Origin: a bacterium
Lineage (GTDB): Bacteria; Zhuqueibacterota; Zhuqueibacteria; Residuimicrobiales; Krinioviventaceae
DNA: 64,000 nt
Direction: 5' to 3'
NCBI GenBank assembly: GCA_963693055.1
Contig: OY843751.1
Span: 1,312,001-1,376,000, forward strand
This document shows, piece by piece, positions 1-10,356 of the stretch (within the stretch, counting starts at the first letter, position 1; each line of letters opens with the position of its first letter). The position numbers were made by a program, and so were the translations under genes. The notes beneath the pieces are model-generated. The model ran no database searches, was not told the origin of the DNA, and was given only the letters and a program-made list of their open reading frames with translations.

Positions 1-347
1 TTGTTACCACATTGATGAATCGTCGTCGATATTTACCCGAGATTCACAGTGACAATCGCAGGGTACGAGAATTTGCTGAACGCACAGCAATCAATACTCC
101 CATTCAGGGCACAGCCGCGGACCTGATAAAGCTGGCAATGTTGAACATACAAAAGCGGTTAGAAAAAGAAAAACTGGGTTCTGTTATGATCATGCAGGTT
201 CATGATGAACTGGTGTTCGAGGTTCCTAAAAAAGAATTAGATTATATGAAAGAGCTGGTTAGGGATGAAATGGAAAATGCAATGAATTTGGATGTACCTG
301 TCAAAGTAGACATGGATACCGGTGATAACTGGTTTGAAGCACATTAG
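1..347 (+). CDS. polA: DNA polymerase I, C-terminal end (partial)
   Basis: Family A polymerase motifs RRRYLPEI, AERTAINTPIQGTAADLIK, QVHDELVFEV; gene begins upstream of the window. Confidence 0.97.
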   Translation, partial: VTTLMNRRRYLPEIHSDNRRVREFAERTAINTPIQGTAADLIKLAMLNIQKRLEKEKLGSVMIMQVHDELVFEVPKKELDYMKELVRDEMENAMNLDVPVKVDMDTGDNWFEAH

Positions 348-386
348 AATAGCAGGCAATAACTGAAAAAGAAGAGATGATAATAA

Positions 387-800
387 ATGGAATCCTCTAT
401 CAGTTTACATATTACCAGTGATCCATCATTACTTAGTTCAATGCGAACGGTTTTGTACAAGATTTGTGAAACTGCCGGATATTCGGTAAGTGAGATCAAC
501 AAAATAGTGCTTGCTGTTGATGAGGCTTGTGCAAATGTAATTAAACATGCTTATAAAAATGAACGAGAACAACCCATAACCATAAATTGCAGTGTAGGTA
601 ATGGATTGCTTGAAATAGAAATTTTAGATAATGGCGAACCTGTAGACGTTAAAAAAATCAAATCGCGCGAGCTGGATGAAATTCGTCCCGGTGGTTTGGG
701 TGTATACCTCATGAAATCTGTGATGGATACGGTCACCTATAGCGGTTCAAAACAGGGCAATTCGTTATATATGTCAAAACAATTACCCAAAAAAGGATAA
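387..800 (+). CDS. Anti-sigma factor Ser/Thr kinase (RsbW/SpoIIAB-like, HATPase_c_2)
   Basis: LAVDEACANVIKHAY, DNG and GGLGVYLM boxes; next to a STAS gene. Confidence 0.9.
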   Translation: MESSISLHITSDPSLLSSMRTVLYKICETAGYSVSEINKIVLAVDEACANVIKHAYKNEREQPITINCSVGNGLLEIEILDNGEPVDVKKIKSRELDEIRPGGLGVYLMKSVMDTVTYSGSKQGNSLYMSKQLPKKG

Positions 801-804
801 CCCC

Positions 805-1149
805 GTGAGTTTGGAAATTCGTACTGAAAAAAATGATCAATCAGTCTTGTTGCACATTAAGGGAGAAGTGGATCTGTACTCATCTCCCCAGTTGCGTAAA
901 GAAATGATGGAACAGATTAAAAAGAAAGCACCGCTTATTCTGATCAATTTAGAGGGTGTGCGATATATGGACAGTTCAGGTGTGGCCACGCTGATTGAAG
1001 GACTGCAGCATTGCAAAAAGTATAAAGGACGGTTTGCATTGTTTGGTCTGCAGGAAAACGTCAAAGAAGTTTTTGAGCTGACCCGTCTCGACAAGATCTT
1101 TGAAATCCATAAAGATCGTGAAAGTGCAACAAATCCGTCTGCCGTATGA
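805..1149 (+). CDS. STAS-domain anti-sigma factor antagonist (RsbV/SpoIIAA-like)
   Basis: GEVDLYSSPQLR and YMDSSGVATL (phosphorylatable Ser); GTG start; stop overlaps the mlaE ATG. Confidence 0.9.
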   Translation: MSLEIRTEKNDQSVLLHIKGEVDLYSSPQLRKEMMEQIKKKAPLILINLEGVRYMDSSGVATLIEGLQHCKKYKGRFALFGLQENVKEVFELTRLDKIFEIHKDRESATNPSAV

Positions 1150-1949
1150 GTGCATTAAATAGAACATTGGCACATGCCGGACAAGGATTTGTTGAATTTC
1201 TTGTGCATTTGACCCGTATTACCAAGTTGAGTGGTCAGGCGCTATTCTGGATTTTTGTGGCACCGTTTACCGGTAGAAAGATTCGCTGGCATTTGACATT
1301 TGTGCAAATGGTCAAGATTGGCGTAAATTCCGTGCCCATTGTGAATATTATCGCGTTCAGTGTGGGATTAATTATTGCCATGCAATCAGCCTATCAGCTG
1401 GCCAGGTTTGGCGCTACCATTTTTGTTGCAGATCTTGTGGGTGTTTCCATGACACGTGAATTGGGTCCGCTGATTACTGCAATTGTGATTGCTGGTCGAA
1501 GTGGTTCTGCCATTGCTGCCGAGTTGGGTACCATGAAAGTCGCTGAAGAAATTGATGCATTGAAAACCATGGCGCTTGATCCTATTGGTTATCTGGTGGT
1601 TCCCAGAACACTGGCAATGCTTATTGTTCTGCCATGTCTGACGGTACTTGCAGATTTTGTTGGAATAGCCGGTGGTTTTGTACTGGCTGTTGTGAATTTA
1701 AAGCTACCGTTTGTTGCTTATTTTAATCAAACTGCAGATGCAATTTTGTTCAAAGATTTTTTAACAGGGCTGATCAAGAGTGGTTTCTTTGCATTGATAA
1801 TTGCCCAGATTGGTGCATACCAGGGATTCAGTGTCTCCGGTGGTGCTGAAGGTGTGGGAAAATCAACAACCGCATCAGTGGTTACATCTATTTTTATGAT
1901 AATTTTTGCTGATTTATTGTTTACAATGCTGTTTTATTCAACGTTATAG
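1146..1949 (+). CDS. mlaE: MlaE-family ABC permease
   Basis: RELGPLITAIVIAGRSGSAIAAELGTMKVAEEIDAL and GAEGVGKSTT motifs. Confidence 0.93.
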   Translation: MSALNRTLAHAGQGFVEFLVHLTRITKLSGQALFWIFVAPFTGRKIRWHLTFVQMVKIGVNSVPIVNIIAFSVGLIIAMQSAYQLARFGATIFVADLVGVSMTRELGPLITAIVIAGRSGSAIAAELGTMKVAEEIDALKTMALDPIGYLVVPRTLAMLIVLPCLTVLADFVGIAGGFVLAVVNLKLPFVAYFNQTADAILFKDFLTGLIKSGFFALIIAQIGAYQGFSVSGGAEGVGKSTTASVVTSIFMIIFADLLFTMLFYSTL

Positions 1950-1956
1950 AGATTTT

Positions 1957-2751
1957 ATGTCTGAAAATGGACCATTAATTCAAATTCGTGATTTGCATAC
2001 CCGTTATGGTAAACGGGAGATACTTAAAGGAATCAATCTCGATATTTATCCATTCGAAACCCTGGTGATTTTGGGTCGTTCCGGCTGCGGCAAGAGTACA
2101 TTGCTAAGACATCTGATTGGGCTCCAAAAACCAACACAGGGTGAGATTCTGATAAAAGGTAAAGATTTTGTTAAAGCTTCTGAAAAAGATAGAAATGAAA
2201 TATTGAAAAAGATCGGAATGCTTTTTCAGAGTTCTGCGCTGTTTAATTCAATGACAGTGGGTGAGAATGTTGCGTTACCCTTGCGTGAGCACACTCCTCA
2301 GAATGATTCTACCATTAAAATTATGACACGAATCAAGTTGGGGTTGGTAGGTCTTGCAGGATTTGAAGGTTTTATGCCCTCGCAATTATCCGGTGGTATG
2401 AAAAAGCGTGCCGCATTGGCTAGGGCACTGGCAATGGATCCGGATATCTTGTTTTGTGATGAACCATCGGCGGGTTTGGATCCCATTGTTGCTGTGGGGA
2501 TCGATCATTTAATTTTAAAGCTCAAAGATGCTTTTAAAATGACAATTGTTGTAGTTACGCACGAGTTGGAATCTGTATTTATGATTGCAGACCGCATTGC
2601 CTTGTTGCATGAGGGCCAGGTGATCTTTCAGGGTACTAAAGACGAGATGAAGGTATGTACTGATCCTATTGTCAGACAATTCCTTGATCGTCAGCCTGAC
2701 AGCGAGGATGTTGATAAAGACCAGTATTTGGAATCTCTTGTAGGAAATTAA
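1957..2751 (+). CDS. mlaF: MlaF/Mkl-family ABC ATPase
   Basis: Walker A GRSGCGKS, LSGGMKKR signature, DEPSAGLDP; ATG at 1957 preferred. Confidence 0.92.
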   Translation: MSENGPLIQIRDLHTRYGKREILKGINLDIYPFETLVILGRSGCGKSTLLRHLIGLQKPTQGEILIKGKDFVKASEKDRNEILKKIGMLFQSSALFNSMTVGENVALPLREHTPQNDSTIKIMTRIKLGLVGLAGFEGFMPSQLSGGMKKRAALARALAMDPDILFCDEPSAGLDPIVAVGIDHLILKLKDAFKMTIVVVTHELESVFMIADRIALLHEGQVIFQGTKDEMKVCTDPIVRQFLDRQPDSEDVDKDQYLESLVGN

Positions 2752-2774
2752 AAATTTAAGGTGTTCAGGAAATT

Positions 2775-3674
2775 ATGGAATACAAATCGAGTGAAATTAA
2801 AGCTGGTATATTTATTCTGTTTAGTATAGTCGCTTTTGTAGTTTTTTTAGTGATCATACTGGGTTTGAATAATATACAGGAAAAAGAAATATACCGGGTA
2901 CGATTCAATTATGTCGGTGGAATTGAAAAAGGCTCTACCGTAAGATATGCCGGTATGGAAGTAGGGCAGATTGTGGATATTTATCTACCCAAGGATGACT
3001 ATCCCGGAGTAGAATTGAAACTGGAAGTGCTCAAAGATACTCCTATCCATGAAGACAGTCATGCATTTATGACCACAATTGGTCTCATGGGCTCGTTTTA
3101 TATTGAGATTACCGCGGGCTCTCCGGATTCTCCCTTGCTGCCTGAAGGAGCGCTGGTCAAGTCTCAAAACGTGACTGGTTTTGCACAGATGTCAAATTCT
3201 GCAACAAAGGTTACTGAAGAATTATATGTTCTCTTGCAGCATATGAATGAAGTGATGAACATGGAGAACCGAGAAAATCTGGGTAAAATGCTTACCGCCA
3301 TGACCGAGATTTCTGAAACAGCAAACCATGAGATGCAAGACATGCTGGCAAGTATGCGCATTCTTTCAGAGAATATGAACAAAACGGTTAATACTGTAAA
3401 TTCTTTACTAGCTCAAAATGATAGTACAATAGCAAATAGCTTGCAGGGTGTTCAATCCCTTGTTGAAAACAGTACAAACACTGTAAATCAGTTAAGCTCT
3501 GTCTTGCAAGAGATGGAGTATAATATATCTAACAATCAGGATAATTATTCCGAGTTAATGAGCAGTATGAATATACTTGTAAGGAACCTGGAAGAATTTA
3601 GTCAAAAGATTAAAGATCAGCCCTGGCAAATGGTCCGTAAAGAAATACCAAGAGAACGTCAACTGGCTGAATAA
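2775..3674 (+). CDS. mlaD: MlaD/MCE-domain protein
   Basis: N-terminal TM helix, GGIEKGSTVRYAGMEVGQI and GLMGSFYIEI MCE motifs, helical C-terminus. Confidence 0.88.
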   Translation: MEYKSSEIKAGIFILFSIVAFVVFLVIILGLNNIQEKEIYRVRFNYVGGIEKGSTVRYAGMEVGQIVDIYLPKDDYPGVELKLEVLKDTPIHEDSHAFMTTIGLMGSFYIEITAGSPDSPLLPEGALVKSQNVTGFAQMSNSATKVTEELYVLLQHMNEVMNMENRENLGKMLTAMTEISETANHEMQDMLASMRILSENMNKTVNTVNSLLAQNDSTIANSLQGVQSLVENSTNTVNQLSSVLQEMEYNISNNQDNYSELMSSMNILVRNLEEFSQKIKDQPWQMVRKEIPRERQLAE

Positions 3675-3704
3675 ACATAGATTTTGTTGCGGGAGAACGA
3701 TTTA

Positions 3705-4277
3705 ATGAAAAAAATGATCATGTTATTGGCGCTGTTACCATTGCTTTATTGCAGCAGAATGCCGGAAATTCGTTATTTTACTATTAATTACGAGTTTGAA
3801 AAGACCTCTGATAAAAAGTATGATGTTTTATTTATCAAGAATTTTAAAACTGAACCGATATATATTAGTGATAAATTGGTTTACAGGGTATCTGATTACG
3901 AGATTAAATTTGACCACTATCGGCGTTGGGTATTGGCACCTGCAGAAATGTTGAGCGTGCAAACTCTGAATGATCTTAGAAAATCGGGTTTGTTTGACTG
4001 GGTTACTGATGTATTACCCCGACAAAAGGATTTTTTGCGTCTTGAGGGTAAAGTGTTGCAATTTGAAGAAACCCAGCAAAATGGACAACGCTATGCAAAT
4101 GTTAAAGTATTGTTCAGCTTGCATGATAACGATACAGATAATTTGAGATGGAATAAAGAGTTAGGTGCTAAAGTGTTAATTGATTCACCTGACAGTGAAG
4201 GAATTGTTAAAGCTACAAGTCAGGCAGTAAAATTAACAATGGATCAGTTGGTAGATGAGCTGATCAATCTCGAATAA
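3705..4277 (+). CDS. PqiC-like ABC transport auxiliary lipoprotein
   Basis: Lipobox-like LLYC, YF motif, RWVLAPAEML; last gene of the Mce operon. Confidence 0.72.
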   Translation: MKKMIMLLALLPLLYCSRMPEIRYFTINYEFEKTSDKKYDVLFIKNFKTEPIYISDKLVYRVSDYEIKFDHYRRWVLAPAEMLSVQTLNDLRKSGLFDWVTDVLPRQKDFLRLEGKVLQFEETQQNGQRYANVKVLFSLHDNDTDNLRWNKELGAKVLIDSPDSEGIVKATSQAVKLTMDQLVDELINLE

Positions 4278-4354
4278 ATTCTGAACTAATTCGCCTTTTT
4301 AGCGTTGAAATAATAATGAATCGTAAATAGTGTTGTTTCGATTTCGGAGCCTTG

Positions 4355-6685
4355 ATGTCGAAAATTCTTATAATTGATGATGAACCTGAAATTCTGGATA
4401 TTGTAGCTTCTCTGCTGGATTTATTTCTTGAGGATAGCAAGGTTTTTAAAGCTTCCAAAGGTCAGATGGGCATCGAGATTGCAAAAAAGGAACGTCCCGA
4501 TACCATTTTATTAGATATTAACATGCCCGAGATGGATGGGTATGAAGTATGTGGTACATTGAAAAGTGATCCGGATACCCAAAATATTCCTGTAATTATT
4601 CTCACTGGTGTACAAACTGATTCCCACAGTAAAATTAAAGCCCTTGATTTGGGTGCAGATGTTTTCTTGCCAAAGCCAATAAAAGAGGGAGAGCTCATTG
4701 CACATGTCAAGGCCATGTTACGGATTAAACTTGCCGAAGATGAACTCAAAAAAGAAAAAGAACTTTTAAATTTTCTTGTTAAGCAACGTACAGAAGAACT
4801 TAATAAGGCCCGTAAAAGATACCAGCATTTATATGACTTTGCACCGGATCTCTATTTCTCTGTCCGCAAAGATGGAAATATCATATCGGTGAACCGAAAC
4901 GGAGCCAGTTCATTGGGGTATAACCATGAAGAATTGGTAGGCAAGCCTATTTGGGAAATTTTTCATCCTGAAGAGATATCTAGTGTAAAATCACAAATTC
5001 AAAAGATTTTCGACAAGAAGATTGTTAACGGAGAATGGGAGTTCCGCCAGGTCCATAAAAATGGCGATGTAATATGGGTGCAGGAAAAGACATTTTTATT
5101 TTTGAATGAAAAAGGTTACGCGAAGGAACTTTTGATCATGTGTCGTGATGTAACGGCGCAAAAAATTGCAGAAGAATCCTTGCGGGAGAGTGAACAGCAT
5201 TATAGAACCTTGTTTGAGCATGGTAACGATGCTATCTTGCTTTCCAGCCAAACCAAAGATATTATTGATGCAAATATTCAAGCTGTCAAATTATTGGGAT
5301 ATGACAAGAGCGAATTGATAAAGTTTAAATTTGGTACCTTGTTGAAATCATTGAATCACAAAGATTCTCAGCCCCCTGAATTTTCTGATTTAAAGATAAA
5401 TGATCGTTTCGAGTATGAAACGCACATTTTACACAAGGATGAAAGTATAATTCCTGTTCAGGTTTCAATAACACCATTGCAACGAAAGAATAAGAATCTT
5501 TATTTGATTATGCTGCGTGATTTGTCGGAACGTAAAAAAGTTGAAGAAGAAGTTCAAAAATCTCAAAAACTGGAATCCATAGGGATTTTGGCGGGTGGTT
5601 TGGCCCATGATTTTAATAACCGCCTTTCTGTGATTTTGGGTAATGCACAGCTTGGTAGAATGTCTCTGGAAAATGGCGGAGAGGTTGATAAATACTTTGC
5701 CAATATTGAAAAGGGAGCTATTCAAGCTACAACGTTAACGCAGCAACTGTTGACTTTTTCCAAAGGTGGATCGCCAGTTAAAAAATTCTATTCCATCAAA
5801 ACGTTGATCAGTGAGGCTGTTGAGCTGTCACTTAGCGGTTCAAAGACTGGATTGAAATCTGAACTACCGGATGAACTGTGGGCAGTTGAAGTTGATGAAG
5901 GACAAATTGTTCAGGTATTTAATAATTTGATAATCAACGCTGATCAGGCAATGGCAGATGGAGGTTTGTTAACAATCACTGCCGAAAATCTGTCAAAACG
6001 ATCAAAGAAAATTCATGCTGCTTTGAAAAATGGAGATTATATTAGAATTACTATTCAAGATCAGGGAATAGGCATTCCTCAGGCCAATCTTGATAAAATT
6101 TTTGATCCATATTTTACTACCAAGCAGCAAGGCAGTGGTTTAGGTCTGGCTGTTGCTTATTCAATCATCAAAAAACACGATGGACTATTAACAGCTCAAT
6201 CTGAACTGGGCAAAGGCTCTGTTTTTGAAATTTATTTACCGGCTGAACCAGATTATGTTCTTGAACCTGTAGTTAAAGAGGATGAACAATTTATTGGAAA
6301 GGGCAGAGTATTGGTGATGGATGATGAAGAAGCAGTTTTGTCTGTTGTAGATAACTATTTAACAATTTCAGGATATGATGTAGAGATTGCCAAAGATGGT
6401 AATGAAGCGATAGAAATGTATAAAAAAGCTGCTGGTGAAAAAAATGGTTATAATGTGGTAATTATGGATCTAACAATTCCGGGTGGAATTGGTGGGGGCG
6501 AGACCATGGAGATTTTAAAAGAATTTGATCCGGAAATCAACGCGGTTGTGTCTAGTGGTTATTCGAATGATCCCATTATGGCAAATTACGAGGATTATGG
6601 ATTCAAAGGGGTCATAGCAAAGCCTTATCGAATGAACGAATTGGGTAAAGTATTAAATCGAATATTTAACAATAACGTTTCCTAA
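4355..6685 (+). CDS. Hybrid sensor histidine kinase (REC-PAS-PAS-HisKA-HATPase-REC)
   Basis: N- and C-terminal receiver domains, two PAS/PAC domains, H-box LAGGLAHDFNN, FDPYFTTK..GSGLGL. Confidence 0.93.
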   Translation: MSKILIIDDEPEILDIVASLLDLFLEDSKVFKASKGQMGIEIAKKERPDTILLDINMPEMDGYEVCGTLKSDPDTQNIPVIILTGVQTDSHSKIKALDLGADVFLPKPIKEGELIAHVKAMLRIKLAEDELKKEKELLNFLVKQRTEELNKARKRYQHLYDFAPDLYFSVRKDGNIISVNRNGASSLGYNHEELVGKPIWEIFHPEEISSVKSQIQKIFDKKIVNGEWEFRQVHKNGDVIWVQEKTFLFLNEKGYAKELLIMCRDVTAQKIAEESLRESEQHYRTLFEHGNDAILLSSQTKDIIDANIQAVKLLGYDKSELIKFKFGTLLKSLNHKDSQPPEFSDLKINDRFEYETHILHKDESIIPVQVSITPLQRKNKNLYLIMLRDLSERKKVEEEVQKSQKLESIGILAGGLAHDFNNRLSVILGNAQLGRMSLENGGEVDKYFANIEKGAIQATTLTQQLLTFSKGGSPVKKFYSIKTLISEAVELSLSGSKTGLKSELPDELWAVEVDEGQIVQVFNNLIINADQAMADGGLLTITAENLSKRSKKIHAALKNGDYIRITIQDQGIGIPQANLDKIFDPYFTTKQQGSGLGLAVAYSIIKKHDGLLTAQSELGKGSVFEIYLPAEPDYVLEPVVKEDEQFIGKGRVLVMDDEEAVLSVVDNYLTISGYDVEIAKDGNEAIEMYKKAAGEKNGYNVVIMDLTIPGGIGGGETMEILKEFDPEINAVVSSGYSNDPIMANYEDYGFKGVIAKPYRMNELGKVLNRIFNNNVS

Positions 6686-6816
6686 AGAATATGTGTTTTG
6701 AATCCGAATTTTGCTTTTCTTTATCATTATTTCCAAAATAATAATTGAGATTTTGTTTGTAATCGCTTTAATTGATTAAGTATATTGGTCCATTTTTACA
6801 ATCAAGAGGTTGAGTA

Positions 6817-7410
6817 ATGGATTCTGAAAAAAATAATCAGTTGGGTGCTGTTATTACTTCCTGGCGGTATTCTCCACAACGGTCTAAAAAGTTTTTATTT
6901 TATATTTTAGGTTTATTGGGTGGTCTGGCTGTCTTTTTAATGTACTATGGTCAAGACCTTTTGCCGTTGTTAAAAGAGATACCCGAGTATTTTCTTTATT
7001 TTTTTGTGTTTCTGATCAGTCCCTTTATCAAATTCTTTAAATCAAACCAAGGTGATCAGGAGTGGACCTTATATAGTAAAGGGTATTCTCTTGTCGTTGT
7101 GGAAAATGATAAAATTATTGATTCAATTACAGGATACTGGAAAGACTATACATCATGTAATTATAAAGAGAAACAAGTGATTTTGTTACCTGCCAACAAG
7201 TCAAAACGAGTACTCAAGATGAACACTCCCAACAATACTCGGGATGTGTATATGGTTTGTCGGGAGCAAATATCAATGGCATGGGAAGAAAGTACTGTAA
7301 AGCAGATTCAGGATCAGCACATTGTCAAGAGTCCACAGCAAAAACATCTGGAAAAATATGAAAAAATGCTTGCCAAACGAAACAAAAGATTGTATGGGCA
7401 CGTAAATTAA
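6817..7410 (+). CDS. Hypothetical membrane protein (2 TM)
   Basis: 197-aa ORF with upstream GAGG RBS and two hydrophobic segments. Confidence 0.65.
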   Translation: MDSEKNNQLGAVITSWRYSPQRSKKFLFYILGLLGGLAVFLMYYGQDLLPLLKEIPEYFLYFFVFLISPFIKFFKSNQGDQEWTLYSKGYSLVVVENDKIIDSITGYWKDYTSCNYKEKQVILLPANKSKRVLKMNTPNNTRDVYMVCREQISMAWEESTVKQIQDQHIVKSPQQKHLEKYEKMLAKRNKRLYGHVN

Positions 7411-7448
7411 AAAAAATGCTTGATATTTATATTTTTTTTGACTAAAGT

Positions 7449-7485
7449 TAACCAACTGGTTAGTTAAACTGAATGGTTAGTTAAA
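7449..7485. promoter_or_regulatory. Putative TetR operator (tandem sites)
   Basis: TAACCA-AC-TGGTTA palindrome at 7449-7462 plus a degenerate copy 17 bp downstream (TGGTTAGTTAAA twice), abutting the TetR ATG. Confidence 0.65.
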
Positions 7486-8111
7486 TGGAAAAACATGATA
7501 CATCTAAAGAACGGATTATTGAAGCCTCCTGGCAGGAATTTGTAGACAGGGGGTATGACGGTGCACGTATGCAGCGAATTGCGGATAATGCCGGTGTAAA
7601 CAAGGCAATGATCTATTATTATTTTTCTTCAAAGGATGTTTTATTTGAGCAATTATTAAAAACAATTTTTGAAAAATTTTTTGGTAATTTTTTAGAGCAA
7701 TTGTATCTGGAAGATATGACTTTGGAAGAAATTCTTCGATCTTTTGTTGATAAGCATATAGACTTTTTGCAAAAAAATCCAATATTGCCCAAAGTAATCA
7801 TAAGAGAGCTGCATAGCTATAATCCTATAACCAGCAAGATTACTAAAAAGATCTTTGCTAACATGATTTTAGGTGTTATCCCCCAAGTAGATAAGAAAAT
7901 GAAATCTGCAATTGCTGCAGGAGAGATCAGAAATGTTAGTTCAATGCAAACAATTTGGAGTGTAGCGGGTATGAACTTGTTTTTCTTTTTTATGAAACCA
8001 CTTTTAGAATTGGTTATTGAAGCAAATGAGCTTGATGAAGTTGAGGTTTTAGAGGAACGTAAAAAAGCGATTATTGATTTGTTATTGTATGGATTACTTC
8101 CAAGAGATTAA
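7485..8111 (+). CDS. TetR/AcrR-family transcriptional regulator
   Basis: HTH: GYDGARMQRIADNAGVNKAMIYYYFSSKD. Confidence 0.93.
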   Translation: MEKHDTSKERIIEASWQEFVDRGYDGARMQRIADNAGVNKAMIYYYFSSKDVLFEQLLKTIFEKFFGNFLEQLYLEDMTLEEILRSFVDKHIDFLQKNPILPKVIIRELHSYNPITSKITKKIFANMILGVIPQVDKKMKSAIAAGEIRNVSSMQTIWSVAGMNLFFFFMKPLLELVIEANELDEVEVLEERKKAIIDLLLYGLLPRD

Positions 8112-8124
8112 TAAAGGTGAAGCT

Positions 8125-9462
8125 ATGAGATGTTTATATTTGGTTTTTATATTTTTTTTCGTTTCGGTTCCAATCTGGGCGCAATCGAATCCGTTGACGC
8201 TTGATGAATGCAAGGGAATGGCCGAAAAAAATAATCCTGATTTGGCAATTGCGAAAATTGAGCAACACGCTGCGGACAGCGATGTAAATCTATCCCATGC
8301 AGACCGTCTGCCGCAGTTGAATTTCAAAGGATCGTATCGTTATCAGAGTGAGGTGCCAGAATTGTCAATACCACCGGTAGACATTGGTTTTGGGAATCCC
8401 ATTACCGTTTTTGATGCCCCTATGACATTGGGTTCGAATGATACCTATGATTTTACCATGACGGTAACACAGCCGCTGTTCACCGGGTTTCAATTGAAAA
8501 ATCGGGATAAGGCAATGCGATATGCTGCCGAGAGTAAAAAGGTTGATTTTGAAAGACTGTACTCGGAATTGATGTACAGGGTTGAAACCGCTTACCGGAA
8601 TGTTCAAAAAGCAGCAATGTTTATAGAAATTTCACAAACCGCAAAAGAACAGGTAGAATCACATTTGATGGATATGCGCAATTTCTACGAACAAGGTATG
8701 GTCCGTAAAGATCAGGTGATGCAGGTAGAGGTAAAACTTGCGGAAGCCGAGTTGAGTATTGTGCAGGCAGAACATGCATTGGCAAATGCCACAGCATATT
8801 TGGAAAATGTGATTGGCAAAGAATTGAATGGTGATATTGAAACGGATAAAGTAGATGTTGCAAAGCTGCCTCCATTGAGTCTTGAATCTTCTCTAAATAC
8901 TGCATATCAGAACCGGCTTGAATTCCAGTCACTAGAGGCTATGAAAAATGCGGCCAAGAGTTCGGTTGATGCTGCAAAAGGTGGATATATGCCAACACTT
9001 GCAGCCTTTGCCTCGTTGGGATATGGTAAGCCCGGACTCGATTTTGTCAATAACGAGTGGATGGATTATTGGGTTGCGGGTGCAAGTCTTGAATGGTCAT
9101 TGTGGAACTGGGGCAAAACCAGTTCCACAATCCAATCCGCCAGACTGCAAGTGAACAAGATACAGGAATCGGAAGTAAAGCTGCGTCAGGCGATCAAGCT
9201 GGATGTTACCCAATCCGGTTTACGCGTCAAAGAAACAGTGAAACGTATGCAATTGACAAAACAGATTGTAGACCAGTCTGAAGAAACTTTTCGAATTGTT
9301 GAAAATAATTTTAAACAAGGTATGGCCAATAACAGTGAATTCCTGGATGTACAAATGGATCTGACCCGTGCCCGATTACAGTCAGCACAGGCGCAGGTTG
9401 ATTATCTGATTGCATTAGCCAATCTAAAGCGTGCAGAAGGAACAATAAAAGAGGTTAAATGA
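8125..9462 (+). CDS. TolC-family outer membrane efflux protein
   Basis: Signal peptide, LTLDEC...NNPDL, two OEP repeats, operon context. Confidence 0.9.
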   Translation: MRCLYLVFIFFFVSVPIWAQSNPLTLDECKGMAEKNNPDLAIAKIEQHAADSDVNLSHADRLPQLNFKGSYRYQSEVPELSIPPVDIGFGNPITVFDAPMTLGSNDTYDFTMTVTQPLFTGFQLKNRDKAMRYAAESKKVDFERLYSELMYRVETAYRNVQKAAMFIEISQTAKEQVESHLMDMRNFYEQGMVRKDQVMQVEVKLAEAELSIVQAEHALANATAYLENVIGKELNGDIETDKVDVAKLPPLSLESSLNTAYQNRLEFQSLEAMKNAAKSSVDAAKGGYMPTLAAFASLGYGKPGLDFVNNEWMDYWVAGASLEWSLWNWGKTSSTIQSARLQVNKIQESEVKLRQAIKLDVTQSGLRVKETVKRMQLTKQIVDQSEETFRIVENNFKQGMANNSEFLDVQMDLTRARLQSAQAQVDYLIALANLKRAEGTIKEVK

Positions 9463-10355
9463 TGCAAAAATATATCTATTATTCTGTTATGCTTTTCACT
9501 TTACTGTTATTCTTTTCGTGCAGTAAAAACAATGAACAGACCTTTTACAGTTCAGGTACTTTGGAAGCTACTGAAATTGTTGTGGGATCTCAGGCAAACG
9601 GTGAACTGCTTGCAGTTGACGTTGAAGAAGGCGATGCTGTTACTGTCGGCCAGGTAATTGCGCTGGTTGATACGGAAAAGCTGGTTTTGCAAGAACAGCA
9701 GCTTGAAGCTGGCTTGCTGGAATTATCATTGAATCGGGTGAATGCCAAACGGTCCGTAGCTCTGGCTAAAGAAAATCTGGAAAATGTGCAGAAAAAATAT
9801 GATCGCATCAAAGCACTGCTGAATGAGGGCAGTACAACCCAGCAGAATTTTGATGATATAGAGACTGCGTTAAAATCCGTGCAGACGCAATATGATAACG
9901 CAAAAACCAGCCTGAATGTTTTATCTGCCAAAGAGAGTCAACTGGAGGCACAAAAAGCGTTAATCAAAAGCCAGCTAAAAGATTGTGTTATTACTTCACC
10001 CATCGATGGTGTTGTGCTTGAAAAATATATCGATGCGGGAGAGTTGATCCGTATGGGCAGCAACATTGTCAACATTGCGGATATCCGCAAGATGTGGATC
10101 AAGTTTTATATCACTGAAGCAGATTTTGGACAAGTGAAAATTGGTAACAGTGCCCGTTTTGTGTCTGGTATTGAGCCTCCCAAAGAGTTTACCGGGAAAA
10201 TAACCTGGATCTCTCCCAAAGCTGAATTTACACCCAAAAATGTGCAAACCCGGGAAGCCCGTGCCGATCTTGTTTACGCGGTAAAATTAATGATTGATAA
10301 TCCTGACGGTGTGCTTAAAATTGGCATGCCCGGCGATGTGTATCTTGAAAAGTGA
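9459..10355 (+). CDS. HlyD-family periplasmic adaptor (YbhG-like)
   Basis: SGTLEA, biotinyl-lipoyl halves, coiled coil, AEFTPKNVQT motif. Confidence 0.9.
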   Translation: MMQKYIYYSVMLFTLLLFFSCSKNNEQTFYSSGTLEATEIVVGSQANGELLAVDVEEGDAVTVGQVIALVDTEKLVLQEQQLEAGLLELSLNRVNAKRSVALAKENLENVQKKYDRIKALLNEGSTTQQNFDDIETALKSVQTQYDNAKTSLNVLSAKESQLEAQKALIKSQLKDCVITSPIDGVVLEKYIDAGELIRMGSNIVNIADIRKMWIKFYITEADFGQVKIGNSARFVSGIEPPKEFTGKITWISPKAEFTPKNVQTREARADLVYAVKLMIDNPDGVLKIGMPGDVYLEK

Positions 10356-10356
10356 A

